From Geosiphon pyriformis uo1 (taxonomy: Eukaryota; Fungi; Glomeromycota), in contig JAAOMT010000299.1 of assembly GCA_016748015.1 (NCBI GenBank), positions 905,090 to 969,089 of the forward strand: a stretch of 64,000 nt of DNA, given 5' to 3'. Positions 63,801-64,000 of this stretch are shown here, piece after piece. Under the pieces are notes generated by a model that searched no databases, had not been told where the DNA came from, and was given only the letters and a program-made list of their open reading frames with translations. How positions within the stretch are numbered: the stretch's first letter is position 1; each line of letters starts with the position of its first letter. Position numbers and translations under genes: made by a program.

Positions 63801-64000
63801 AAGAAAAACAAAAAAAAAGACATAATAACCAACTACCAGATAAATTAATTGAATTCAAGATTGGAAACAAAGTACTTTTACATCATACCAAAGTGAAAAA
63901 ACAATGGAGTAGAAAATTTGACCTCAAATGGGATGGACCATTTTACATAGAAGAAATTCTAGAAAATGGAGCTTATAAATTATAATGAGACAACAAAATC

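Larger units (their letters stand above)
46072..64000 (+). mobile_element. Ty3/Gypsy E5 (subfamily A): partial 5' LTR to 46691, PBS, gag, protease, Cys-rich domain, dUTPase split by E6, RT, RNase H, integrase; runs off the right edge
   Basis: PBS TGGTGCTCCCTATGAG at 46694. gag fragments 46693-48398. dUTPase ...KPNEKIAQ (50963) resumes AIFLPLVKIA (60829). Integrase core 63257-63589 (YLTKWPEA, YHPQTNGLIEKFN). Confidence 0.9.

Overview
AT-rich eukaryotic, almost certainly fungal, DNA. The style of the repeat proteins suggests Glomeromycotina, but that is my inference and no taxonomic marker is present. About 90% of the window is a nested stack of decayed retrotransposons around a small host island (about 32.0-36.5 kb) that holds one intact, intronless XRN-family 5'-3' exoribonuclease gene. 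There are seven Ty3/Gypsy copies (E1-E7), two extra LTRs and three copies of an APE-RT-RNase H LINE. One Gypsy copy is structurally complete: E6, 50964-60824, with 969-bp LTRs and an ACAG target-site duplication. The main observation is the architecture of this Gypsy lineage, repeated in two divergent subfamilies. One long ORF (Gag-PR-Cys-rich domain-dUTPase-second dUTPase-like domain-RT-RNase H) stops right after RNase H. Integrase then has its own ORF, and a third sense ORF of about 240 aa runs through the PPT into the 3' LTR. Gag appears to start at GUG or inside the LTR. The second observation is that the two E6 LTRs differ at about 45 positions by manual alignment, all C/T or G/A transitions, with no transversions or indels, and mostly outside CpG. 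This points to a RIP-like or all-context deamination process acting on repeats. All alignments were done by eye, so internal domain coordinates are approximate.
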